Below, piece after piece: positions 51,401 to 62,623 of a stretch of DNA of 64,000 bases. The stretch lies in contig RDEW01000001.1 of the NCBI GenBank assembly GCA_011109175.1, positions 1,987,485 to 2,051,484 on the forward strand. The letters are read 5' to 3'. The stretch comes from Dicyema japonicum (taxonomy: Eukaryota > Animalia > Dicyemida). The notes under the pieces are model-generated. The model saw only the letters and a program-made list of their open reading frames with translations. It was not told where the DNA came from and did not search any database. Both the position numbers and the translations under genes were made by a program. Every line of letters starts with the position of its first letter. The stretch's first letter is position 1.

Positions 51401-53220
51401 CCCACATAGAGTGTACGCTGCTTCGAAACTGACCCTTACTTGGGACTGGATGCAATTGTTTGAAAAGAGTGGTAATGATTACTCTGCATGAGAGTTTTAG
51501 CGCTTACCTGGGGAAGATAAAACTCACAGCAATGGAGTGTATTCATCTTCTCCTTTTATTGAATGTTTCTACTAATTTAATCTAATCCTAGGTTTTAACA
51601 AGCTACTTTGATCTGCCGCCAAACATTCTTCACCACTTGACGAGACTCCAGTACAGTCACTATGCGGATTTACAAGACTATGCAAACAGAATCGGACAAT
51701 CCGTTTCACCGCTATGCTCTTTTGCCTTTTAGACGACCATAAGAGGGGCCAGCTTTTTCTCTTGTCCTGGTTTGCCTTCGATTTCACCTCCGCATCACAT
51801 ATGCTTGTTGGATTTCTGGAACGTAAAAAAATAAATTCTAATAAGTTTCAAAAGTGCCCTCAGCTAGATATTTTCCCATTGATAGACCTCTGTGACAAAC
51901 TGAGAAGTGTCCTGGCACTGTACAATTTAGACGAATTAGATTTTAGAGTATTTGATTGCTGTCGTTTTTTTTCTAGCGATCAAACGTTCTGAAACTCTGT
52001 ACACTATTTTTTTAAAGAGCAGACGCGATTTTCTCGACATTTATTTAAGAGATGGATGCAATAATAATATAAAGCCGCGTGGCGCTGTGTGGTGCTTCGT
52101 GGCTAATTGATTAAAGTTTCTGTTTTGTTTGTCAATTCACTTAATTAACGTGCGTATGTGGTTCGCCTTGTCTGGTGGCGTCTGATACAAGTCAAAATGT
52201 ATCCAAAAGAACCATTTGTCAACGACCATCCAGAGGAGTTCCTCTTGGACGGCTCTTCCTACACATCCGGGCACTTTTCCGTTGGAGACTCGTCATGTCA
52301 GGAGAATGCGCAGGAGCGCAGTCGGAACACTGAGAAAAGATGCGGAGACTGTTGAAGGAGGGTGGGATTACCTGAAATTTGGTTATTTTGGAGATGACGG
52401 TGGTTTTGGTTCAATAAATTTAATTTTAAATTTATTTAAAAGATGGATGCACACGCTTAAGAAATGGGTGAAAACCTTAAAGAAGGATACCAACCGAGGC
52501 TATGGTTACAAGAAGTGTCTGAACTCAACGACCTATCAATAAATTTACCGTCTTAAGAATCATGGTATCGAATTCAGAAATTCATGACACTGCACATACT
52601 CAACAAAAATCACAAAATTGACTCAACACCGGAGTAAAACACTATTAAAATCCATTGTTAATCAGCAAGGCGATATACGATGCATAAAAATAGATGACCA
52701 GTTTGTCAAACAGATTATACGCTGTAGGAGAACTATTATTAATCACAATTGAGACAAATGATGTCGTACCGAGGGCGTTCCAGAATATCAAACAGAACTG
52801 TGGATGAAGGAGTGAAATATTCAGGATATAAAAAGATGATTTGTTTCAAACAACTCTTGAGAGTTCAAGTGGTTCTGGACATTTTTCGTTGTTTCTTGAG
52901 AGTTCAAGTGGTTCTGGACAGCGATTATTACTTCATCCGAATAGAAGTTTCTTAGAATTGGTCGGTATTTCGCTAGGGTGCAATTTGAATATGGGAGGAA
53001 CAAAAGGGAGGCTTGGAAGACTCTGTTTGTAAGGAATCAGTAGTGAGATAAATTAGAATCTGAAACGATCGATGATTGTTTTAAGGTCAAGTGGGCTCAG
53101 GTACTTCAAATGGAGAATCCAGATTCCATTTAGTCCTTTGGTGGAGGGTTTTGAGTTTTTGATGAGGTTTTTTACATTAGTGGTACTGATTAAGATACGT
53201 TTTCAACGTGGAAAATAAAT

Positions 53221-53375
53221 ATTACTCTATTCAAGTACCCCAGAAATCTTTTAGTCTTGTCCCGTGGTCAAAATTACTTTATTCAAGTACCCCAGAAATC
53301 TTTTAATCTTGTCCCGTGGTTAAAATTACTCTATTCAAGTACCCCAGAAATTCATTAGTTTAGTCCGGTGGTCAA
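53221..53375. repeat. Minisatellite, 52-bp unit x3
   Basis: ATTACTCTATTCAAGTACCCCAGAAATC... starts at 53221, 53273 and 53325, with no spacers between units. Confidence 0.9.
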
Positions 53376-53618
53376 GTGATTTGAAGTTCTTGACAGAAAA
53401 TTTGGCCAGAAATTGTTTCTTTTCTTATTAAGTACGTTTTCCGATGTCTTCAGAGAGCTAAATGCCAAAGATCCGCTTTGGTTAACTGGTCAAGAGGGGG
53501 ACTGCTATCACACCAACTATTCATCCTCAATGAAAAAACTCCTACACTCTAACAACTACCGATACTCCACTATTCCGTAACAAATGAAAGTACCAAACTA
53601 TAATAATTAAAAAGACAA

Positions 53619-54229
53619 TCAAAGTTGATTCAACTCTTCATTAATCTATAATTATTAAATTATTAACTCTTGAAATTTCATCATTTATTATTTTTCTGTA
53701 TTTGCTTCCAAGATTTAAATTCCCCATTTGTTTTAAAAATTCATTTCTATCATTAATCTCATTTTTTACTAAAATTATGTATTTTATTACATTCGTCAAC
53801 CCTTGCTATTTTATTGCTAATTTGAGGTTTGGCTTTAAATTCCAACCTTTGTGGTCTTCCTCCATTTTCCATTATTTTAATAAACTCGGTTTTGTTATAA
53901 TTTATATTCTTTCTCTTCGAAGGAGACATTTCTTGGTTTAAAGCCTCAAGTCGCATAATTTCATTTTTCGTTCTTTTACCATTATTTTGCATTTTTGTTG
54001 TTATTTCTTGATATTTAGTTAAATAATACTTTTATCGTTTTTTGGTATTCTAGTCACTATTTTTGTACGATTCTTCAAATTATTTTTTGTAACTTGTGAT
54101 TCTTCAATTAATGCTGAAATATTAATTTATTATACTTTTTATTAAATTATTTGTTTCCTCAGAATATTTTTGTATTTTACTATTCCAAATATTACAATTC
54201 CTATCCACATTATTCATTCTTATTATCAT
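53619..54229 (-). CDS. C22orf23: UPF0193 / EVG1 (C22orf23) homolog (173 aa, 5 exons)
   Basis: Exons 54229-54136, 54113-54030, 54006-53791, 53768-53668, 53645-53619; introns 22, 23, 22 and 22 nt. KYSEETNNLIKTLIEESQVT matches [56 protein letters not shown] matches [36 protein letters not shown]. The start could instead be 54217. Confidence 0.82.
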
Positions 54230-54779
54230 GGAAACAATAACTTTATTTTTAACTTTTTTATCTTGCACATAATATTTTTAAAAAATCATCTGTCCATTTC
54301 TTATCGACAGGTCTGTATGCTTTCAAGCTTGCCGATAAAACTAGTCTTTCAAAAGATCCCTGTTTCCGTACACTATTACTGTAATACTCGACCTATAACA
54401 TACTTAACCAAATCAGGTCAATTAATTCCTAACTGCCTAAATACTCCTAATTTACACGAAATAAATGTTTTGGTATTATTAATGTCAATCTTTCCAAAAA
54501 TCCTAACAACAAAACTATTTTGGACTATCCACAATAATCTCAAAAATAAATGATTTTTCTAACGGCAAACTTTATCAACGGCCAGTGAGGGAAGTGATAT
54601 TAGACAACCATAATTCACGATACCTCTGAAATGGAAAATCATAAAAATCCCAGTTATATTCAATAAAAAAAGACGAGGATAATGACCAAAGTTAATTTAA
54701 TGACTTCTCAATCTCACGAATAGGTTTTTGTAGTAAAAATCTTTTCGTTCACACTTTGGCGCAAAATAAATTGGAAACG

Positions 54780-55161
54780 ATACAAATCAAATGGCTTAGA
54801 ATTTTATTGGGCAAATCGTTAACTACAAACCATTTTGTTCAAACAGCCTATGTTCAATTTTAAAATACCCAAATTTGGTTACGAATGCTTATAAAAATGC
54901 GTCTTTATTTGGATCAACGTATATTAGTGAAGCTCTGTTCAGAAGACTCACACGGATCAAAACTAAATTTCGCAACCAATTAACTAATGAACATCTTATG
55001 CAACTCTTACGTCGTCGTCATCAAAACTGAGTCCTTATTTTAAAAGAATAGTAGAAGGAAAGCACATTCAATTCTCACATTAACTTTAGTTAATAAAGCT
55101 TAATTTTCTTAAAAAGATTTTTTGCGGCCCGTGAACCAATTTTAAATTTTGAGAACCACTG
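54780..55161 (+). mobile_element. 3' end of a Charlie/Buster-like hAT transposon
   Basis: YPNL...SLFGSTYISEALF...KTKFRNQLTNEHL (hAT dimerisation region), followed by the right end TTGAGAACCACTG at 55149-55161. Confidence 0.78.
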
Positions 55162-55599
55162 TTATAGAACAAAAAGGTTGAGAACCAATGCTATAGAACA
55201 TCCCCTGGGCCTGAAGTCAGATCATGTCTAGAATTCTCACCAAAATATAAGAAGTAACCTTATTCTCTATAAAAAAAATTTCCAAGACAAATCGTAAAAG
55301 GAAACTAGGTATAGACAACAAGATCAGTAAATTACAAGATCAAGAATGTTATGTTTAATAAAAACTCCAAGCGTTCCAAAAAACAAAGGTAGTTCAAAAA
55401 ATTGAGGTTTCAACTTAAAATTTATAAATAATAGTTATTAATTAAAGAATAGCAAGTAAAAATAATTATTATATAACGCCAGTATAACTTAATCTTCTCT
55501 TCTTAAGTCCAACCTCTTTTGCCTGTATAGGTGTGTTCACGTCGCTGCACACCCCACATTCAGAGACTACCCTAGGTTGACATTCCATGCCGTATTCCT

Positions 55600-55780
55600 C
55601 ATCACTAGTGGGCATTACCTAACCTTAATCGAAGTGGGCATTACCTCACAAGACCGACTAAAACATGATGAAGTTGAGAAACTTCACAAATATGACTTGC
55701 TTGCAAACGAACTTTGGCTACTCTATAAATGCCAAGTGATGATTATTCCAGTGGTTTTGAGCTCCATTTGGGATGGCGTT
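55600..55780 (+). mobile_element. R4/Dong-like endonuclease fragment
   Basis: LIEVGITSQDRLKHDEVEKLHKYDLLANEL; homologous to 31385-31520. Confidence 0.75.
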
Positions 55781-55899
55781 TAGCTCTGACATGGAATGGA
55801 GTTGTCTCAAGATGCTTCAAGAATCATATGGATAAATTATCTATTGAAAAATCAACGAGGACTTAAATCCAAATACAATGAAGAGCACGCCTCTGCTAC

Positions 55900-56915
55900 T
55901 TACCAACTTGTAGAACTGGCATGCCGTGATGACAACCCACTGGACTCTACAGATATATTTCGACTGAATCTGATGTGGAGATGGGGAGTAACAGGGAGTT
56001 TAGGGCGCACTCTTCTTCTAAGAGAAGATGGATTACTAGCAATCCGGATTAAAATCCGCTTAATTAGTTAATTTTTGGTCAGGAGGATTCTACACTCCCT
56101 ACCCGAATTCTCAATTGACCAAGACATAATCCACGCACGAGAAGCCTGGAATGCCACCAACCTCCCTCTGTCTCGTTCACAAGACTGCCAAAGAAACCTG
56201 GACAATTTATTGTGCTGGAAATCATTTGGACTCCTACTGGAATCAGCCAATCAGCACCGCTTATTCGCTTTCGGCGGCTTCCCCTGAGAGCTAAACGTCA
56301 CCCCAAAAGGAGCTCTGAGTAGCTTTCTGGATAATGAATGCGTTAGAAGTAGTATCTCTCTGCGGCTGGGACTGAAAGTATGCGTACCTCACCCGTGGCG
56401 ATGTGGCATCCTGATAGACTACTATGGCCTGCACCCTCTCGCCTGCAAGAGGAGCGATGAAAGATCTCCAAGGAACAAGGCTCTGAATGAGATTGTCAAA
56501 CGGGCTATGGATGCTGCTGGATACTCGGCCATTCTTGAACCGGTCGGGTTATGCAGAAGTGACGGGAAACGATTGGCATATTTCCCTTTGAGGCCGGGAA
56601 ACCACTTGTTTGGGACGTGACATGTACAGACACGTTCGCCCCGAACAATCTTCACGAGTGCGCTTCACAGGCCTGCTCTGCAGCCGTCAAGGCGGAGAAG
56701 GCCAAACTAGAAAAATACTGCGACCTCCCCGATAATGTCCAATTTGTTCTCCTTGCTATGGAGACTTCCTACTCCCCCTTTACACTAGAGTTTTTTTGGA
56801 CGTCTTGGAAACCGGATCACCTCATGCACTGGAGATCTCCGCGAACGCCGCTGGCTGTTTGAGCGAATTTCGCTTGCAATTCTGAGAGGGAACAACCACG
56901 CAGTGAGGGCGTCAT
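55900..56915 (+). mobile_element. CRE-like non-LTR element, 3' part (zinc finger and restriction-like endonuclease)
   Basis: LRLGLKVC.PHPWRCG...GLHPLACK, ALNEIVKRA, ILEPVGLCRSDGKR, LVWDVTCTDT, AEKAKLEKY and ISLAILRGN. Confidence 0.85.
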
Positions 56916-57449
56916 AAAGGTCAGTCTTGGGTATAAAATTAATGCTCTCATGTTTGGAAATCTTTGTATTGGAAACTTTGTAATTATCATTTATATTTTG
57001 GTAGAAATCTGTTGTTTCAGATGGTAATTGATAAGTTACCTCTTCAAATGGCGTAACAAGAAATTGTGCCTCACCTTGTAGAGATGAAAATTTTATTCGA
57101 CAAATCCTTTCGTAATTTTTATTGGCCAACTGATAGGATCATTAGAAGTATCAGACAAAAATTTCTGCAAACTTTTAACCGACCTCATGTCATCTTACAA
57201 CAAAAAACTATGAAATACTTTTTCCTTTTATATGTTTCAAGATTTTATCAGAAAATCTTTTCCAAATTTGATTACAATCTAACAATTCCTGAGAGGAAAT
57301 AGCCATGCAGTCTGGGGAGCCGCTATATAACCGTTTACTCTTTCCTTAATAAAATGTTTTAATCTAACAATTCGAACAAAAAATTCTAAGTTGACTACAA
57401 ATTCTGAATATTTCTTTGTATGAAAATGAGGTGAACTTATCAACCAAAA

Positions 57450-58010
57450 ATAAGATGTCAACATAAGCAGCTTGGAAATAGACTTAAAAAGAAAGATGAA
57501 AACTTTATTTTGATAGACGGAAAGCTCAATCTTGAAGATTCTACTCCAGCTCGTGATCGCCTTAACCAACATAGAGGAGATGCGGATAATTGCCGAAGAG
57601 ATCCATGACTCTAACCACTGTGGGCAAATGCTTTGGAAGTGTGGGAAAAGATTCTGCTTTATTAAATAGACCTCATTCGTCGGTGGTAAAAGATTGCGAT
57701 ATATGCCAGTCTGCAGTGCCACTAAACATTATGACGACATGAGTCATATTTTTGCTGATGTACCGAATGGGAGATTTCAGATCGACCTGATGATCATTTT
57801 TCTTGGTTACTATCTGTGATTGACGTCTATTCCAAATATGTGATTAAAATAAAAGTGGCATTGAAGTCGCCGAAAATTTAAGAGATTTTCATGTGTTATG
57901 GCCAGTGTAAATATTGACAATCTAATAACGTGACCAAATTCAAGAATATGCGGTCAAGGATAGTGTGTCTATTAAGAAAGTTCACTCACAACGACTAAAA
58001 ATAATAGTTA
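57450..58010 (+). mobile_element. Second decayed Ginger/Gypsy-type integrase fragment
   Basis: EIHDSNHCG...C (HHCC-like), HIFADVPNGRFQIDLM and VIDVYSKY; parallels 40080-40370. Confidence 0.65.
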
Positions 58011-58059
58011 ATCATCACTATTGTTAATTTTTAGGCAAACAGAACATTCGAAATCGTCG

Positions 58060-59600
58060 GAGAGGATATACGGAACGGCTATATTCAGAAACTGTGTGCC
58101 CACCCATATGTGTTGATAAAGCAACGTTGGGTGAGGGGCATAAAATCCTTGAGAAAAAATGCGTGTGGGCTACACGGCAATTAACGGGGAACAAGGCACC
58201 GGGGATTGACAACATCTCAAGCGAAATGTTGAAGGCTATACCGGTGACAGCTATCACCAGTCTATGTCAAAAAAATTGGGAAACTGGTATTTGGCCACGT
58301 GAGTGGAAAAGATCTATATTTATTTATTCCAATACCGAAAAAAGGGAATAGCAAGGACTGTTCTAACTATCGTACAATAGCCTTAATTCCCCACATCAGA
58401 AAAATACTTCTAAAGATAATACAACATCGTCTAATGCCAAATGCAGAAATGATTCTACCGGATGTCCAAGCAGGATTCAGGAAGGGACGATATAGCAAAT
58501 GTCCGGTGGATTATGGAGAAAGCCCATTAATCCCAAAAGAGTTTACACATGTGCTTCATTGACTATCGGAAAGCTTTTGATTCTATTATACATGACAAGC
58601 TGTGGTCCGCTTTAAAAGAATTTGGATTTGATGCCCATCTGATATTGCTTATCAAATCTCTTTATAAGGATCAAGAAGCTACCGTTAGAACAGTGTATGG
58701 AGATACCGATTGGTTCAAAATTGGTAAAGGAGTAAACAAGGATGCTTATTATCTCCCATCCTATTTAATATTTATGTCGAAATGATCATGACTAAATTAG
58801 ATACTGTATCAAATAACGGGATTAAAATTGGAGGCAGGAACATCAGTAATTTGCGCTATGCTGACGATACAACCTTACTGGCTGAAACAGAGAATGGCCT
58901 CAAGGAGTTGATTCTAAGATTCAGAGAAGAGAGCGCCGTCTTTAATTTATTGCTAAATATTAAGAAGACCAAGATTATGACTACTGTTAATAATGGAATA
59001 ATGGAGCTAAAATTGGGAATGAAAAAATAGAGTTGCGATAATGTTGTCTTTCTGGGATGTCTAATTAATCGGAATGGTGACGGATGCTTGGAAATCAAGA
59101 GGCGAATTGCCATGGGACGAGACACCTTCCAGAGAATGAATAGAATTTGGAAAAGCAAAGATATTTGCTTAAGGACCAAATGCAGACTAATTAATGCAAT
59201 CATGTTCCCGGTATTTCTATACGGCGCAGAATCATGGATATTGAAAAAGGCGGATAGACGAAAAATTGATGCTTTTGAGCTGTGGTGCTGGAGGAGGTTA
59301 CTAAGAATCCCTTGGACTTCCAAAATAACAAACATCGATGTACTCAAACGGGTTTCGCTAGAAGGAAGAATCGTAAAACACAGATTGGCGTTCTTTGGAA
59401 AGAACCATTATGCTGAGCAATATTACTGGGAAGATAAGACCTGGCCGACCGAGGACTCGGTGGCTATCCACAGTAGAAGACGTCACGGGAATGCCTATAT
59501 CAAGGCTACTCCAAATTGCAACGGATCGGGGAGAGTGTAGGAAACTCGTTCATGAGATCTCTAAGGGTCAAACACGACTTAATTGGACAACATAACATAA
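58060..59600 (+). mobile_element. 5'-truncated RTE (BovB-like) LINE RT
   Basis: KAPGIDNI, SNYRTIALI, QAGFRKGR, FIDYRKAFDS, LRYADDTTLLAE, EIKRRIAMG and FELWCWRRLLRIPW; frameshifted. Confidence 0.92.
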
Positions 59601-59849
59601 CATATTGTTAATTTTTAATAATTAGTCTCAGTTAATTGAAAATTCTAAATCATGTGGATATTCGATAGTCTGGATGTAAAATTAAGAAATGTAAACTATC
59701 TTGATGATTATGGAAAGAGGAGATTTCTTTTTCCGCACAGAAATAAATTGATGAATGGAGAGCAATGTAGTTTGTTTCGTGAAATGAGAAATTTGGAAAG
59801 TAATTTTTTTTAATTTTTAATAATAGTTTGGCAAACTTTAACATTCAGC

Positions 59850-60250
59850 CATCCAAAGTGGACCCCGACGACATTATCGACGTTGCGTTGCCTCTCACGA
59901 TTGCAACTGAGATCAACTCGAAAAGCCACGGGTCTCGCGTGCGTCGTGGCTTTTTAGTGTAGCTAGGCGTCCAACAATCTTTAGGATCGAAACAATTTCC
60001 CACTTATTCCTCCATTTGTCTCGACCACAATGGGATAGAAAGTGAACCGATTGTGCAATGCTTAATTTTTTTCTCGTTTGCTTTCATTGTTTTTTCAGCA
60101 GCATACAATGTGTCTTGGGAATCGTCCTGCACTTCTTTGACACGAGAGGGCACGTGCCACACCAGCATTTGTGAGTCCGGCAAATCTCCAAGTCTGGTGG
60201 AGATGCCGATGCGGACAGTCTAGTCGTCGAAGTGGGTCCCGACACTACCA
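59850..60250 (-). mobile_element. CRE-like 3' fragment
   Basis: WLFELISVAIVRGNATSIM, preceded by the KY..L...F.PIVVET region. Confidence 0.7.
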
Positions 60251-60644
60251 ACTAAGAGTGCATCGAGTTAAGCGCCACTTCATTCGCATTTTCCAGTGAC
60301 TAGACAGGCACGTCTGTGTTAAATGATTGGATCAGAAGCCTCTCATATTTATCTTCGCAGATGGTCCTGTAACGGTCTTTCTGCTCAGGCATCATCCCTT
60401 TCAAATGCTCCATATTTGTGATTCCAGATGATTCTGTTTGGAGTTGGAGAATCATCCTGATCAGTAGTCGGATGGAGACCAAAGAGGACAGCCAGATCTT
60501 TCGGTGAAGGGATTCCCAGTCTGCCCAGATAGGTCGATTCCCATTATGTGGTACTCCTCTTTATATTTTTGGCATGAAACACACATCCATTTGTGGCTCC
60601 AAACGGCATCAGAGGTTGATCTTCCAGAGACAAATCCACTTTGG

Positions 60645-60890
60645 CTAACTCCGATAAATCCACGTAGTGGGACTTAGAGCAATTAGCGATAGAATTTTGC
60701 GCAGTGAGTTGAGTAGTATAATTGGTCTTAAGCTGTTTAGCTTTCCTTTTTCTTTACCCGTTTTATGTAGGGGGATTAATTTTCCGATTCCGATGTTAAT
60801 TCTGGAGTGTTCCACAAAAGTTTTGTTCAGAATGTGAGTAATATGTTTTTGAAACTCTTCAGGAGCGTATTTTATGAGCTCTGCATTAAA
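60645..60890 (-). mobile_element. RT fragment of the RTE-like family
   Basis: AELIKYAP...GIGKLIPLHK.GK...LRPIILLNSLRKIL matches 46400-46600. Confidence 0.85.
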
Positions 60891-60892
60891 AA

Positions 60893-62574
60893 TCAGACCG
60901 AGCACTTATTCAACATTAGTTTCACTCTCCAATGCATAATCAGTAATCTAAGAACTTTAATAATACATTCGGGGATTCCGGATTTTTCATGGACTCCCAT
61001 TAAAAAGTTGTGGTCAACCGAGTCAAATGCTTTTTTGACATCAATCCATGCAGCATACAATCCACCTTCATTTATTTTATTAAGTGAATTATTGACTAGT
61101 GGATGTTCTTTAGCACCCTGACATCTCTTCCTTGCTCCCATCTGGGTTTCAGAAAGAAGGCCAAACGCTTTCACATAATCCGCTAACTTGGCATTGATAC
61201 ACTTTGGCATAAGTTTATAGAGTGACGACATGTATGTAATAAGGCGTAGGTCCTTTGGTGACTTCCCATTTAGGGATCAAGTACGTAATTCCAGTAAAAA
61301 CCAGTTTCCAGGGACGTACTCTCCGTTTACAATCCTAAGCATTTCGTTATAGATAAATTTATTCAGCGAGGTAAATTTCTTATAAGAAATTGTAGATCCC
61401 ATCACAACCTGGGGCCTACCAATTCGGTAAACATTGAATCGTTTGTTCAAACACATTTTCGAGAATTCAACAGACACATTTTCAACACCAGTCATTCTTT
61501 TTGCGATGTTATAACTTTCCGAAATTAGACTCCTCCTTTTCCATAATTCTTTCCAAAAGTCTGCACATTTTTCATTATCAATAGACCTAGTAACATTATT
61601 TGCCGTAGGGGTTAGGTTTCTGTAAAATGATCTTCGATTTAATTCGAAGTTTAGATTATCAAAACGAAAGTTCTTGCAGGACTCAGATAGACACAATTTC
61701 TTTTCAAGAATTTCAATTTTATCTTCAATGTACGAAGTAATCCTCACTCTTTCACCATGGTTTTTTTATATATCCACTAACGATAATGCGTGACAGACCA
61801 TAGGTTTTTTTAGTTAGCAAAAGAAATGATTTACACTTTTCAATTTTTCTATTTATATTCTTTTCCATTTTGATGGCTCATTTTTTCACTGAAATAATCT
61901 GATATTTAACTTGACCAGCATAAATAAGAGTAGAAATTTGATCCATAGAAGTTATTTTTAACCCATTGGCTAATGACATAGTTCAAACATTCCAATAAGT
62001 TATTGTCAATCTTACATAAAAAATCTTTTTGGTTCGGGGTCTCGAGCTTTGTTCCATTTGCTCGGCAATTATCAATCGTTCTATAAATGTGCGTCGGCAG
62101 TGATCGTATAATTTAGAATCCAGGGACGGTGAATTAAATTTAGAAACCGATACACCATTTTCAACAGGATCCCGAGCCAATTGCTCAATGGGTACTTGTC
62201 GGCGTCTTTTAATGTTAGAGCGTCATAAATTCAGACTATGTTATATCTTCATCGAATTTAGATTTAGAGGTCTCCAAAATGACTTTCAATCCTCCCCGGG
62301 AGATACGGCCAAGTCTGCCTCGGATAGAGTATTGGACTAATTTAGTCCATTTCTTTTGTTCATCTGCCTTTGTAGAAAGTAGTATTGCTCGTAGAACATG
62401 TGGGCGAGTTACAGAAGCATCAATTCCAGAAAGAGGCTTGACCAACTCGATGGCCGGTGACTCTGCATTTCCTATATTTCTTTCGGCTCCGAAGTCACAG
62501 CATTCTGGTTTGTTTTTTTCGATGTTTCGTAACAACAACCATATAACACGTGTTCTATCAATCTTTAATTTCAA
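60893..62574 (-). mobile_element. Decayed R4/Dong-like non-LTR element (N-terminal region and start of RT)
   Basis: FELNRRSFYRNL...ADFWKELW, QMGARKRCQGAKEH...N and AAWIDVKKAFDSVDH; the upstream region is assigned by continuity only. Confidence 0.75.
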
Positions 62575-62623
62575 ATGTTTTGAAATATATAAATTCTCAA
62601 AAAACTGTTATTTTATAGTAAAA

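Noticed and set aside
53221-53375. 52-bp repeats, plus a 36-bp pair near 52855-52920, as a possible CRISPR-like array
   Set aside because: Units are contiguous with no unique spacers, there are no cas genes, and the context is eukaryotic.
56920-57280. Possible host-gene fragment with a 25-nt intron between two CRE 3' ends
   Set aside because: The spliced frame stops after ~55 codons and has no recognisable homology.
59920-59956. Hairpin AAAAGCCACG-N14-CGTGGCTTTT resembling a terminator or Helitron end
   Set aside because: It lies inside the coding C-terminus of a CRE-like element on the minus strand; a single occurrence is compatible with chance.
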